NCBI RefSeq assembly: GCF_963506605.1
Contig: NC_083281.1
Location: 37,510,001 to 37,574,000, forward strand
DNA from: Zootoca vivipara
Lineage: Eukaryota
DNA: 64,000 bases
Direction: 5' to 3'
Of the stretch, positions 12,131 to 25,417 are shown one piece after another. The position numbers and the translations under genes were made by a program. The notes under the pieces are model-generated. The model worked only from the letters and a program-made list of their open reading frames with translations. It did no database searches and was not told the DNA's origin. Numbering within the stretch: the stretch's first letter is position 1; the number at the start of each line of letters is the position of its first letter.

Positions 12131-14095
12131 ACTTCCTTAACAATGCCCCAAATCTGGAGCTGGGGTGGGAGGGTGGCTCCCAAGAGGGGGAAAAAAACGG
12201 GGAGAATAATTTGATAAATCCTGCCTTTGTTTTCTAAGCAGGGTGAGGAAAAAAATTAAGACATTCTTGCATTCGGGGGGGGGGGAGTATTCTCAAATTA
12301 GGCACTTTTGTCCATCAAACTGAACTGAATGTTTTCTCCTTAACAATATTTTGCTAACCTATCATCCTGCTACATTACAGGGGGAGATGTTCCTCTCTCT
12401 TGTAAACTTCTCTCCTCTTTTCATTTTCAGAAAGCCACTGGAGAAAAAGCAACACAACCAATGTGTGTGAGAGATATATTTTCACTGCCAGTGTTGGTGT
12501 GTGTGTGCATGCACACCACACTTCATGTTCAGTGGGCAGGAGAAGGGGCCCTGCACATGTACCTAGGTAGAGCTCCTCCACTTGAAAGGGGACTATTGCC
12601 AATTAGGGCTTCTCCTTGTTTGGAAGAGGTCTGCACATGTACATCAGTGTGCTTGTGTAGGGCATTGATCCCCTTCAGTGGAGGGCATAGTTCCTGACTA
12701 CATTAGATGGTGGGATTTAGACTTATTTCAAGCTGCCTTGTGACCCACTCATGCAGTCTTTGAATGTGGAAGGGGGCCTGTCTGACCCCTTCCCACCCTC
12801 CATTAAAGCCCCTTCATACTCTTCAGAAGGGGGTCCACACTTTGAAACGGAAGCATGGCTGACATTGCACTTCCACCAAGTCCTCTCTCCTTTTGCTGTA
12901 CAGCTCCCCAGTCCCCAACCTCAAGCACATGAGCTAGTTCACTGCTGCTGCACGAAATGGCCATGCTGTTGCGCTCCTCCATGCAAGGAGGATCACTAGC
13001 ACAATCTGTGCAAAATTAGCAGCCAAACCCAACAAGGGCATGTTCTTGCTAGTTAGCATGAGAAGGGGCTAAGTCCACAGAGCTGTATTGCTGATAGCCA
13101 GATACTCAGCCCATAGAAGTGCAATTCATAGAGAGGGCTCTGTGTGATGTCATTTCCCCTCCTCTCCTGGGGAGGAAGCAGCATATAGTACTTCCTGTTC
13201 CTCTTGCTTCTCCTTTGACCAGTGTTGGATGCAGGCATGCCTTTGCTTGCCTCACCTTTAGGCACAGGCCTGAAGCTGGTTATATTGTAAATATAAGTAT
13301 TTTGCCTGCATAGTTGTTACTGCTACTGTTGCTGTGAACCAATCCATGATTATAAAGTAAGTAAATATATTTTCAAACTTACTTCCTTAATTACTCCCTG
13401 AATCTTAATGAAACAGGGTAAGAAGGGGAAAGCCAGCTTACTTCAGTTGGACTTGCTCCAAATAAGGTTTTACAGCTTAATTCCCTATGTGTTTAGTTTT
13501 GCTGCCAAGGATGGGATTTTGAAACTCTGTTCAACCCACATGCATGGGTGTCTGGAGGGATACATTGCAATCAATATATCCTCTCCAACCCATTGAAACC
13601 CAGAGTCCGCCCCCTGCAGAGAGGGGTGACCGCTGTGCTTGGCTGAGGCATGGGGTGGGCTCACATTCTTTTCATCTGATTCTTTTACCCTGATGAGAAT
13701 AATATGTTAAAAGCATTAAGCCTGAGAACCACATTCCCTTGTGGGCAACCTCGCTGGGAGTGGAACATGCCAGTTGTGGGCAAGCCAAGGGCAATGGGGT
13801 AACAGGTATGATTCTTTACTGTTTGTTACATCCCACCTGTGTAAAAGCCAAATCTTTTTACACTCACGCGGAACCCCTCTCCATCCAGGCAAGCAAGAGG
13901 CATTATCACAGGTCGAGGAAATGAGATTCCAGCCAGGCACAAGCAGTCGAGGAGGGCCTGGAGTAGGACCAGTGTGGAGTATGGCTTGGGGTAGATTCTG
14001 AAGGCCACATTCAGCCCCTGGGGCCAGGCGTCCCCCAACCCCTGTCCTTCGAGAATCAAGTACGTACAAGAAGGTAGATGTCAGTTCACACATTC

Positions 14096-14114
14096 GGCCA
14101 CTAGGGGGCAGTGT
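14096..14114 (+). promoter_or_regulatory. CTCF binding motif
   Basis: GGCCACTAGGGGGCAGTGT matches the CCASYAGRKGGCRS core. Confidence 0.65.
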
Positions 14115-14699
14115 GTTCTAAGAAGCAGCTGCTGATACAACGCATCCAATCGGTGAAATTAATTTTTAAATCAGGTAATGCTTGTGATGTGATTTTCCGA
14201 AGAGGTAACGGTGTCTCTCCCACTTTATGAATATAAACGTATTTTCATGAACAACAGCAATTGGATGCGTTTGGCGGGGGAGTATTCGTGCGGGAGTAAA
14301 TAGTTATTTGTTCTATTGCTATTTGATGTATTGCATTCATCAACCTTTGCAATAAATGACTCTAAAATGACAAATATCTGTACTACTGAAGACATGTTTA
14401 TTACATGTTTATTATTCTGCACCTCGATATGCTTCTTGAAAGGAGAGAGAGAGGAAAAACAACATAGCAACTATGTACTTAGGGCAGCCTTTCTCAGCCT
14501 TGGGTCTCCAGATGTTGGACTACAACTCCCAGCATCCCTGCTGGTTAGGGATGATGGAGTAGCCAGTAGCCCAGCACCTGGGGATCCCGTGTTGGAGAAG
14601 GCTGCCTCCGAAGCCAAGCAGAGAAGGTGCTGAAGGCAAGTCACAATGCAGGTCTCTGCCTAGCCAGTGCCTGGCTGGGAGAACAACAGCGCCGACTTG

Positions 14700-14900
14700 T
14701 CTATATCCAATGGCTGATGGCTTGGCAGTTTTTGGCTCTTACCTCTTCCCGTAGCGGGGGCGGGAGGGGAGTGGCCGGGGCGGGAGAAGAGTGACACGTT
14801 TCCATGGGGAAGCTGCTGCGTGTCGCCACGCTACGGGCCGGGGCGGGGCCAGGAGGGAGCAGCGGAGGAAGGGGACCGAGGAGCTCTTAAAGGAGACGCG
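14700..14900 (+). promoter_or_regulatory. GALE: GALE CpG-rich promoter
   Basis: CpG cluster, three GGGGCGGG Sp/KLF boxes, CCAAT at ~14707, CTTAAAG TATA-like element at ~14885; lies upstream of a consensus donor. Confidence 0.75.
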
Positions 14901-14947
14901 CCGATGAATACGCCCCTGTTGAATTGGAGGTGCTTCCAGAGCTGCTG
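14860..14947 (+). other. GALE: GALE non-coding first exon (5' end approximate)
   Basis: ctg|gtgagt donor at 14947/14948 at the 3' edge of the CpG cluster. Confidence 0.65.
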
Positions 14948-15410
14948 GTGAGTGTGGGAGTTTGGTAGGCGGTACCGGGTGGTGTGTGTGCATTTATATA
15001 TATTTATTTATGAATGAAATGAATGAGTGCCTTGGCAATTTGAAACCTCATAGGGAGGAAGATGTTACTGACTGAGGTTCTGATTTAATACATGCGATGC
15101 TGCTCATCCTAAAAGCGGGGCGGGGGAGAGTTTTTTTGGGGAGGGTTAATGGGATCTCTTGGTGTTCAGCGAGGGAGGTCGGCAGCCCGGGTAGCCTCTG
15201 TGCCATCAGGTTGCCACATTTTCCTGGTGCCCCTGCTCATGTGCCTTTAAACAGCAGGCTGGAGCATTAGCAAATGAGCAGCCTTTCCTGGCCTGCTTTA
15301 CCTCCATGCAAAGGAAAGCCTTCACCTGATCGTTTCCATCCTGTGCCCACTTGCTGTGAAACGATACAGCTGTCTCCTTTTACTTCCCGATACCTGTCTT
15401 AAACCACTTC

Positions 15411-15594
15411 AAGGGCAATAACTCAGTGGTAGAGCATCTGCTTTGCATCCAGAAGGTGTCAGGTTCAATCCCTGGCGTTTCCAGATAGGGCTGGGAGCTG
15501 GCCTGTGCCTGAAACCCTGCAGAGCCACTGTTAGTCAACGTACACAAGCTGCACGAATGATTTGACTCAGTATAGGCAGTTCTACGTATTCCTA
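15411..15594 (+). mobile_element. Squam3-like tRNA SINE (other copies ~15960-16157, 20055-20205 minus, 22560-23190 nested, 43385-43545)
   Basis: A-box ctcagtggtagagc, B-box ggttcaatccc, conserved body and tail. Confidence 0.75.
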
Positions 15595-16478
15595 CATTTC
15601 CTGTTTGCTCTTGGGGTAATTATGTTGCAAGAGCCTGTGGAGGGGGAGTGGGGAGGTTAGTTTGCATCCCCATTCTTGCTTTCTCCTGAATCTCCAGAAA
15701 TGATATATCCAGAGGTGGGGGTGGCATCTTGCTTCTAGTACTATGCAAGTAAACACCTGTGTGTTAAAAATCAAAGCAAGGCACGATAATCTGCTCTTTC
15801 CACATGCTGGTCAGGATCACCTCAAACTGTGGACAATCCGTTATATTTTTAACTGACTGTCGTGGTATCTAATAAAAGACTAACAAATTACCCAGGGGAA
15901 GCTTATCCCATAATAACTTTTGTGCTTTTCCTCTTATAACCAGCTAAATGATGGCTATGGGAAAGGGTAGGCTTCAGTGCTGGGGCACATACTGTGCATG
16001 CAAAAGGTCCAAAGTTCAATTTTCAGCATTTCCAGGTAGACCTAGTAAGCACACCTGTTTGAAGTCCTGCAAGGCAGTTAGTTGCCTGTCAGTATAAAAG
16101 ACAATACTAAACTAGATAGACCAATAGTCTGACTCTGCAGAAGGCAACTTCCTATGTAGGAGGAGAAACCAGTGTGTTGCAGGGAGTGCAGATGTGTTTA
16201 GTGTACCCCTATGTTTTCTTTACACAGAGATGCGCTTTCCCCATTGCATAATCTCTGTAGGTTTCAGATCGCCTAGCATCACATATAGAGGGAAGATTTT
16301 GCTTCTCTGCAGTGATGAACTTTTCTGTAAAGGAAAAATTACCTTCTAGTAGCAGCCAGCATGGAAATATCTGGAGTGTGGACGATGTCCTCAAAGTTGT
16401 GTCTATACAAGCTGTTACTCTTGAGTTTGGCATGTTCATACATTGTAACAGATTACTAAAGGGTTTGTTAGACTAGAA

Positions 16479-16612
16479 CAGGCATCCCCAGACTTCGGCC
16501 CTCCAGATGTTTTGGGCTACAATTCCCATCTTCCCCAACCACTGGTCCTGTTAGCTAGGGATCATGGGAGTTGTAGGCCAAAACATCTGGAGGCCGAAAT
16601 TGGGGATGCCTG
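16479..16612. mobile_element. ~135-bp palindromic hAT MITE
   Basis: caggcatcccca ... tggggatgcctg; flanks gactagaa / gactggag. Confidence 0.8.
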
Positions 16613-18615
16613 GACTGGAGGATGCTGTTGTTGCTGAAGCAATGTGGTTCTCATTTCTTTTTTCTTAAAATTGATGTACCTGGGATTAGGCCCCTCGCGG
16701 CACGTGACTTGTGCTGGGAGTATACTGTGGTTTGATGGCTGCTTGGGGTGATATTAAGGTGTGTGTCAAAACTTTTCCTATCCTCCTGAGGCTATACCTA
16801 TGTGCTTTGTTTGGAATGCAAGTTATTTTTAAAATTTTGTTTTTATTAAAGATTTTCTTGGGTCACAAAAGTGCATACATCGTCTCTGTTTTCAGATCAC
16901 AAAACCTTTTTATTTTTTTACAGCTAGATTTTATTCCATGTGAGATTTTAATGCTGTATACAGTATAAGGTGCAGGGGGGGATAGAGGTAGGGAGAGAAG
17001 GGGGTAGTAAACTTTCATTCTTTTACATAGTGTATGTGTGAGGTTTTTGGAATGTAAGTTCTATGTAGAATATGTTTCATGTTATACCCACTCTTCCCTT
17101 GTATTTGAAATTGGACCATAAAACAAAAAAATCAAAGATATCATATTGAAGTCATACTTGGCATTGTAACCTGTGGTCCAGATGTTGTTGGACTCCAACT
17201 CCCATTAGCCTCAGCCCGCATGGCCAAAGGTGAAGGATGATGGGAGCTGGAGTCTAACAGTTTCCCCACCCCTGCCCTCTTGTTGTCAGGAGGGTTTGGT
17301 ACACTTTCAACTTTATCCCATGTAGCTTTCACATACAGAACTGGGTGAGTGCCACTGAGAAATGAGCAAGTTGGATCTGCATAGCTCCATCCCTTCATCT
17401 TCATATTCTTGCATCGTGTTTGTATGATAGCCTACTATGGCCAACAAAGGCTATATGCTTTGCACATCATGCTAAGCCAAACCATGGTTTAGTGCAAATG
17501 CATGGGCTGTGGGAGAGGAGATTGAGGCCACTTTGCTCCCTGTCAGTCAGTCTGTAGATGTGCCGGGGCAAGCTACCCCTGCCCCCTCTAACGTACAGGT
17601 TTCAGAATTACAGGTAGTAGCAGTTGTAAGGGGTAGATTTCAGATTAAGGAAAATGCATGAGTGACAAAGGTTAAACTCTCCTCTCTGTAGCACCCCTTC
17701 AGCCATACAGATGCTGGGAGCTGGGAGCATGCTTGTAACTCACAGTTCTAGGATAAATTTTGGCTCTTGCCAGTTAATAAACAGAAGCTTTACAGGGTTC
17801 ATTAATGATCTGATAGAAGATCATTACAAGAATAAAGAATTTTTCTAGACATGTCTCCACAATCTGGTTTAAAGCAATTTGTACCTGTCAAAATTCACAG
17901 ACATACCAATAAAGACCTGTATGTATTTTACTGAATACATGCTTTTGTTTCCTGCTAGTTGATCGACTACCTGGATTTTTGCATCTTGCCCATCACGGTG
18001 TCTCTTTCTGTTGTTTCTCCAAAATCTGACTCAAATCAGGTTTCTTCCTGCTTCTCCTACAGTTGTTGACAGCTTGTGGTTCTTCTCACATAACTGAGTC
18101 ACCTTAACTTGTCCTCATTCATTGGGCTGTTAGAGTTACGCTCAAATTGTGGGAGGGAGGGCTGTGTGGACTCAAGGTGTGCCAGCAGAGCCAGGTGGTC
18201 TTGGTGTGGCACTGCTGGTGTAGCTACAGTACAGCTTGTATACCTACCACCTTCTAAAGTCCCCTCTGAACGAACCTGGACCCAGTGATTGTCATCTGAA
18301 TCCCTTAATTGTGTGTTCCTTCCTCAGGATGCCTGAGGGTAGCAACACAAGAGCGGGTCTTTTCTGTGGTGGCTCCCAGCTTGTGGAATGCTCTCTCCAG
18401 GGATGCTTGCCTGGCACCGTCATTACATAGCTTAGAAAAACGTTTGGCTGCTAATTATCTGTGGTCTCCTTGATAGGATCACCCTTATGATTTTGCTTCA
18501 AATGTTTTTCTTTTATGCTGGTTTTACTGTATGTGTTTCTTTGCTTATATACCATAAATTGCTTAGAGTTACCTTGGTAAAAAAAAAGTGACCAATACAT
18601 CAATACACCAATACA

Positions 18616-18881
18616 TGCTGCTCCAGAGAAGCGGACATGGAGCAATGGATTCAAACTTCAAGAAAGAAGATTCCACCTAAACATTAGGAAGAACTTCCTG
18701 ACAGTAAGAGCTGTTTGGCAGTGGAATTTGCTACCAAGGAGTGTGGTGGAGTCTCCTTCTTTGGAGATCTTTAAGCAGAGGCTTGACAGGCATATGTCAA
18801 GAATGCTTTGATGGTGTTTCCTGCTTGGCAGGGGGTTGGACTGGATGGCCCTTGTGGTCTCTTCCAACTCTATGATTCTAT
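18616..18881 (+). mobile_element. Young CR1 LINE 3' end
   Basis: ~95% identical by hand count to the reverse complement of 25419-25685; tail tatgattctat. Confidence 0.88.
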
Positions 18882-19082
18882 CTAATTAATAATATGAAAA
18901 GTCCATGCCTGAATCCATCTGCTATTCTAAAGATTGCTGTTTAGGGGAGTCTAATTATCATAGAATTGTAGAGTTGGAGGACTCCAAGTCCAGCCTGCTG
19001 CAATACAGGAATTACAGGTAAAGAATCCCTGGCAGATGGCTAGTCAACCTCTGTTTTAAAAAAAAACCCAGTGAAGGAGAGT

Positions 19083-19625
19083 CCTTCAGATATTTGAAGA
19101 TGGCTATCATATCACTTCTCAGCCTTCTCTTCTCCAGGCTAAACTTACCCAACTCCCTCAACCATTCCTCCTAAGGCTTTATTTCCACTTGCAGGTGTCT
19201 GGCCTGCCCAGGTGAGTTCTACTCCATCATGCCACTCCCCCTTTGATCTCTGACCAGGAACTGTGTGACTCTGGAGTCTCTATATCCTGTTCTCTGAAGC
19301 AGGTTGGCTCCCAGCCATGTAACTGACTCTGCACACCCACAGGGTGTGACTGTGTTTCAACATACCTGCAATGGGGGCCAGAAAGTAGATTGAACTGGCA
19401 CGGAGCTTAATTCTCTTGTTCCCTGCAAAAGCAGCAATGTAGGAATTGAGCCGCCAACATTTTTACTGCCCTGCTCCTGCAAAAAAAAACAACCAACAAC
19501 TAGCAGGTGTAGCTTTTCCAGACATAAGGATATACACAGAGATGGGGAAGCTTTCTCTGTTACATTTCTGCTTTTCAGGCTGTTATGAAAGGGGCAGGAG
19601 CAGAACCTGTTAACATATTTTTTAA
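19083..19625 (-). repeat. Inverted segmental duplication, copy B (GALE intron 1)
   Basis: Near-identical reverse complement of 11303-11831. Confidence 0.92.
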
Positions 19626-22182
19626 GTTGGAGAGTGCTGGGAGCTGCACTGTTGTCGGAAGCACAGTATATCTTTTGCCTGTCCTGGCAATCAAAGCTTA
19701 AGCGTTAATCACCCTGCAGCAAAGGTTGCAGATTATAAAGCAGAAACGGATTGAAAACATGGTTTTGGGCGGAGGAGCAAGTGAGGTTATGCCAGGGCAG
19801 TCCCAAAAGGGGCTAAGCAGATGGTCTGTTCAGCCAGGAGAAATGGCAGGGGGGAAAGCATCATAGCTGCTGGCTATCGCAAGGGCTTCTGTTTTGGCTA
19901 ATCATGATACAAAATTGTAAAAAATAATAATCCAAGTACTATATTGGATCAACTGTGCTTGCAGGAGCGCCAAAGTCCACACAACTGCTTTATTATGGTG
20001 TGTGAAAGTGGGCCTGAGGCCCTGGAAGAAGCTCATATGCTGAGATTGTCATAGGAGCATATGAACACAGGAAGCTGGTCCTTCTTGCAACTAGCAGTGG
20101 CTCTGCAGGGTTTCGTAAGGGGGTCTGTCCCACTTGGAGATGCCGGGGATCGAACCTGGGATTGTTGGGATGCACACAAGGCACTTGACCACTGAACTAC
20201 AGTTCTTTTTGCCAGCCATAGCCTTCTGTTTTCTCACGCCTATTCCTATTTTTCTTTTAGGAAGTGGTGGGGGTTTTGTGGTGGATGCCTTTGTTAATGG
20301 GCATCTAATGTACACTTGGGTCCTTTGTATTTCCTCTGCCAGGTGTCTAAACCAGCCTTTCTCAACCAGATGCTCTTCTCCAGATGTTCTGGGTTCCATC
20401 AGCCTAGCCTAAAACACCTGGAGAGAACGAGGTTAAGGGAGGCTGGCCTGGAAATTAGGCATGCTTCTCGTTTCAGATTGCCCTGGTCTGCATCTCTTCC
20501 ATCACCTTGTCCCCCACCTTGTTTTTAGTTTAGTTTTTTAAACGTTCATTTCCAGAGTGGAACCAGCACTTTATAATGTATAAGTCATTGCCCCCATGGC
20601 ATTTCCAATCTGTAATTTGACTCAGTGGGCAGCGGATGCAACAGAAGAAGGGAGGAAATGGGGATAAAATATGTATATCTTACAGTTGCATGTGGCTTCA
20701 GTAGGATTATTGGGGTGGGGTTGTACCAAAGATTTCACAGAAAAGATGGGGGTGGGGTTTGAAGGGGGAGAGGTGGCATCAGGCTGGCATTGTGGGAGGC
20801 AATTTCCAGCAGAGAGAGAGAAAGGATGGAGTCTTTTGAGAAAACGTTTGGTTGGTTGAGGGTTGTGGAACTGAAGGAGGGAAGATCACAGACAAGGGCT
20901 TATTGAATCCTATGAGCTAAGGGATGAGGAGGGGGCAAGGCCAAGAAGGGCTTTGAAGTTAAGGACAGGGTGCTCTTGCTGGATTCAGAAATAGACAGGG
21001 ACCCAATGTGTTCCCATTTTGCAGATGAAGACAACTGAGGCTCTGGGGTAATCTGGCCAAGGCTGCTCAGGAGCATGCCTGAGGCTCGATTTGAACCTTA
21101 GTCCAAGCCTAACAGCCCAGCCACATCTCTGCGATGGTTCCCCCCCCCCAACATGAATGCTTTTCTTTGTGTATGTGTATTTGGATATTCTTTCTGTTGG
21201 CCTTTGGAGTGAGCCCAGTTTGCCTAGTTGGCTTAGTCTTCTCAGCTGCTACTCTGAGGGCTTCTGTTCCAGGCAAGACACTGAACCTTGCCAGCTCGAG
21301 AAGACTAAAAGCTGGTCTGTTCTCTGGGAAAAAAATTGTCCATTTGGGAGGATGAAACACCCACCCACCCCTTCCTGCTCCAGCCCCGCCTTTCTCTCCA
21401 GGGAGATGGAGGACAGAAACCTCTTTCAGTGGGCAGAAAGGTGGGGCTCACCCATCTGTCTGCTGACTGCGAAGATGCACACACAGCCAGAGGTGTACTT
21501 TTGGGCAGCTGCCCTGTGGTGTTGGCAACCCACTCTTTGGTTCTTGGGCAAAACAGGGTGGATCTCAACAAAGTGACTCATTGCCCTGGTCAGAGTCCAA
21601 TCCCCACCCACCCCAGTGGTTGATCCTGTCCTCTCCCAGATGACTATATTTTTGCTACTTGTAAGAACTGCAGGTTTTTTTGGTCCCTGGTTAAGTAAGA
21701 ATAGTGTTGGTTCTGTAGGGCAACTACCACACAGAGGATCCCAAAGGAGTGGGAAATAGATGATGAAGTAAATGTTGCAATTTACTCCAAATTGTATTGA
21801 GGTTGAGGGAAGTTGTGGGAAGGAAGGAGGCAGGCTCGGAGGGGGTTTCATCCTGTGACATTAATGTCACATCTTCAGAGAAGAGAACACTCCCCTATTT
21901 CTGTTTAGCATGCAAAGGGTGTCAAAAGGCGTCAGAGTTCTCTTCACAACAACCCTGCACTGTCTTAGTGCAGTTTTGGTGTCCTGGGGACCTCATCACC
22001 ACTGGAAGCCCATCTTCCGAAACACCACCAGGCCCTGTCTGATTTCCAAGCCTGCTGTTGCAGTCTTAAAGACTAGGAACTTGCTATGTCCCCTTATTAA
22101 ATATGAGCCAAAACTCTCAGGATGCTGACTTCTGGACCTGAAAAGAATGTCACGACTTCCCCAGTGCAGTCATGAGATATGA

Positions 22183-22539
<357 letters not shown>

Positions 22540-22923
22540 TAGTTTGGCGGGGATTTAGAGAAGGGCCATAGTGGCAGGGCACCTGCTTTGGATGTAGAAG
22601 GCCCCACGTTCAATCCCTGGCAAACGAGGCCTGCTAGATCATACCTGCTGCGTATCCAGAAGAAGGGAGAAGTCCCATCTCCTGAAACCATGGAGAGCTG
22701 CTGCCATTTCATGCAGACCAGCCTTCTTCAACTGTGGGCCCTTGGATTCTGTTGGGACTGCACCTTCTATTATTCCTGGCCATTGGCAAAGCTTGCTGGG
22801 GATAATGGGAGTTGTAGTTCAACAACATCTGGGGACCTGAAGTTGAGTTCTGATGAATTAGATGGACCTCTAGGAATGCAGGAAGCTACCTTAAGCTGAG
22901 TCAGGCCATTGGTTTATCTAGAT

Positions 22924-23058
22924 CAGGCATAGGCAACCTTGGCTCTCCAGATGTTTTGGAACTACAACTCCTATGATCGTAGCTAACAGGACCAGTGGTC
23001 AGGCATCATGGGAGTTGCAGTTCCAAAACATCTGGAGAGCCAAGGTTGCCTATGCCTG
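22924..23058. mobile_element. ~135-bp palindromic hAT MITE with perfect TSD
   Basis: TIR caggcataggcaacc / ggttgcctatgcctg; TSD ATCTAGAT on both sides. Confidence 0.9.
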
Positions 23059-23662
23059 ATCTAGATCAGGCAGTGGCTTTCTAGGAATCCTACCTGGAGA
23101 TGCTGGGGATTGAACCTGGTACCTTCTGCATGGAAGGCAGATGCTCGACCACTAAGCTATGGCCCTTCCAATGGTCTGACTCAGTAAAGGGATATTCATA
23201 GTTGAGCAAAGCCCCATAGGCCAGAAGCATTAGCTCCACCCACTGATTTGCAGAGGCAAAGGGCTCTTTAACCCTCTCTCTCCCAGCGTGGCAACACAGA
23301 CTTCAGCCTTCCTCTTCCTATGCCTCTCCATTCACTCACTTGAGATACAGACAAAAGCTCTCTCTTTTTCACCCAGCCTCCCCACATGAACAGCAGCTGG
23401 GTCACTGGCAGGATTCTGCTTTTGTGCACCTCAGCCAGTCATCTGACCAGGCCACTATTGCTCCACCTGTGGAAGGGATCAGGAGCCTTTTGCCTCCAAG
23501 TCAGAGGCACAGCAGAGCGATGGAGGAATGTCTGTTGCCGTTTGGAGAAGGGGCTGGCTTGGCTCAAGTAGGAGGAAGGAACTGTGAGGAATCAGAGTGA
23601 GGCAGCAACATTGGCTGCACCCACCCATTCACAGAAGCAGAGGTTTATTTAACTCTTTAGGT

Positions 23663-23919
23663 CAGGGGCCGGCAAGGTTTATCTTGCCTGGGCCGGATCA
23701 GTCCCGTGGAGATCCCCCCGTGTGCATGAGCCCACAATTTTCGGCGATTGTCTGCATCTGCACAGACACAATTTCCAGCACTCTGGAAACGAGTCTCTGC
23801 ACCACACTGGTTTAGCCCAGTGCACGAGCGGGCAGCTCGGTTTGGGGGCAGCTTGTGGGCCAGTCAAACAACCTCCGCGGGCCGCTTCCGGCCCATGGGC
23901 CTTAGGTTGCTGACCCCTG
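23663..23919. mobile_element. hAT (Charlie-like) MITE
   Basis: caggggccggcaa / ttgctgacccctg TIRs; flanks ctttaggt / cattagga. Confidence 0.7.
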
Positions 23920-24402
23920 CATTAGGACAAGGAGGGGAAACCTCCAGATATTTCTTGGACTATAGCAACCATCACTCCTTAACCATTGAATGTCCTGTCT
24001 GGGACTGATAGGAGTTGGAGCCCAACAATTGGGGGGCCACAGGTTCCCTATCCCTGCTCTAGGTTGAGGCTGGAACGTGGATGGAAAGTCCCTGGGGGCC
24101 AGACTAAGCTCCTGGACTACCAGGTGCCTATTCCAATCCTAAATAGGGTCGTGGATCTGGATGTGTGAGTCCTTTCAGTAGTGCTGTTGGGATAATTTAA
24201 GTCCTTAGATGGAAACATGTATTTACCTCACAATGTGATCATTAACCCAGCCGTTCCATATTTGAGGGTCCCCCCCCCGTTCCCTCTGCTGAGTGGGGGC
24301 CCCTGGGTTTCTGCCCCCAATAAGGCACCACTAAGTCTTCCTCATTGATTTCGGAATTGGGTCCACTCTGGCATGGTGTCAAAAAACAGCCTTTCTCCCT
24401 AG

Positions 24403-24518
24403 GGGGCAGCACGGTCCCCGAGAGTATTCAGCGGGTGGAGGAGATCGTGGGCAAGAAGATTCCATTCCAGGAACTGGATGTCCTTGATGAGGCAGGTCTC
24501 CACAACATCTTCAAGAAG
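24403..24518 (+). CDS. GALE: GALE coding exon 2
   Basis: ccctag acceptor, aag|gtgagg donor; 116 nt, GSTVPESIQRVEEIVGKKIPFQELDVLD... Confidence 0.95.
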
Positions 24519-24993
24519 GTGAGGGCCTGATCCTACAGCTTAATGTTTCCCACTACACATATTGAGATGGGTCAGAGCATCACCCCCTCCCCCCTGCCAA
24601 TGGGGGACACTATTCTGGCTTACTTTTTGCTCTCTGGGTGGCATCAGGGCCTCCTCAGTGGTGGTCCCCTCGATCTCTGGACTTCACTGTCTTGGATTAC
24701 ACTTTGGGCTGGCAGGAGAGGCTTCCATCTCTCCTGCCTCTGCTGTCTGCTCACCCCCCTGTTGCTCCCTTCCCTCCCCACAGCACTCCTTTCAGCCTCT
24801 GGGGAGATTTTATTGTTCCCAATGTGCGTGCATCAGAGCATCTTTGTGTTGCTGCCATGCTGCTCCCCACACCACCACTCCCCCCGCTGTGTTTATTTCT
24901 GGCCCATTTATTTATTTATTTAATTTGTATACCGCCTTTCACTCGAAGGTCACAGGGTGGTTCGAAACATGAGAATTTTGTATTTTGTAAATA

Positions 24994-25181
24994 CAGTCAT
25001 ACCTCGGGTTAAGTATGCTTCAGGTTGAGTACTTTCAATTTAAGTACCCCTTGGACTCGCCTGGAATGGATTAATCCACTTTCCATTACTTTCAGTGGGA
25101 AAGTTCGCTTCTGGTTAAGTACACTTCAGGTTAAGTATGGACTTCCAGAACCAATTAAGTACTTCACCTGAGGTACGACTG
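24994..25181. mobile_element. Tigger-like Tc1/mariner MITE (related truncated copy at 42043-42248)
   Basis: TA-cagtcatacctc ... gaggtacgactg-TA. Confidence 0.85.
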
Positions 25182-25417
25182 TACATATAAAAACAAGAAC
25201 AAAAAGAAACCAATAGCCCCCTCTCCCACAAACACATGAGATGTTAATTAGCCAAAGGCCTGTTTCTAGAACAATATTTTCACCTGGCAAAAGGCACCAG
25301 ATGTGCCTCCTTGGGCTTTGCTGGGGAGCGAGTGATCCCTGTCAGCCCCAGAACTCAGAAGTGGCATCTGCACCCCTCCGGAGCCACACAGCCCTGTTGT
25401 GGGTTGTGTCAGGCTGG

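Noticed and set aside
12740-13540. Possible solo LTR
   Set aside because: Composition is suggestive, but I could not identify TG...CA ends with a TSD
15411-15490. tRNA-like A and B boxes
   Set aside because: Continue into a SINE body found several times in the window; not a tRNA gene
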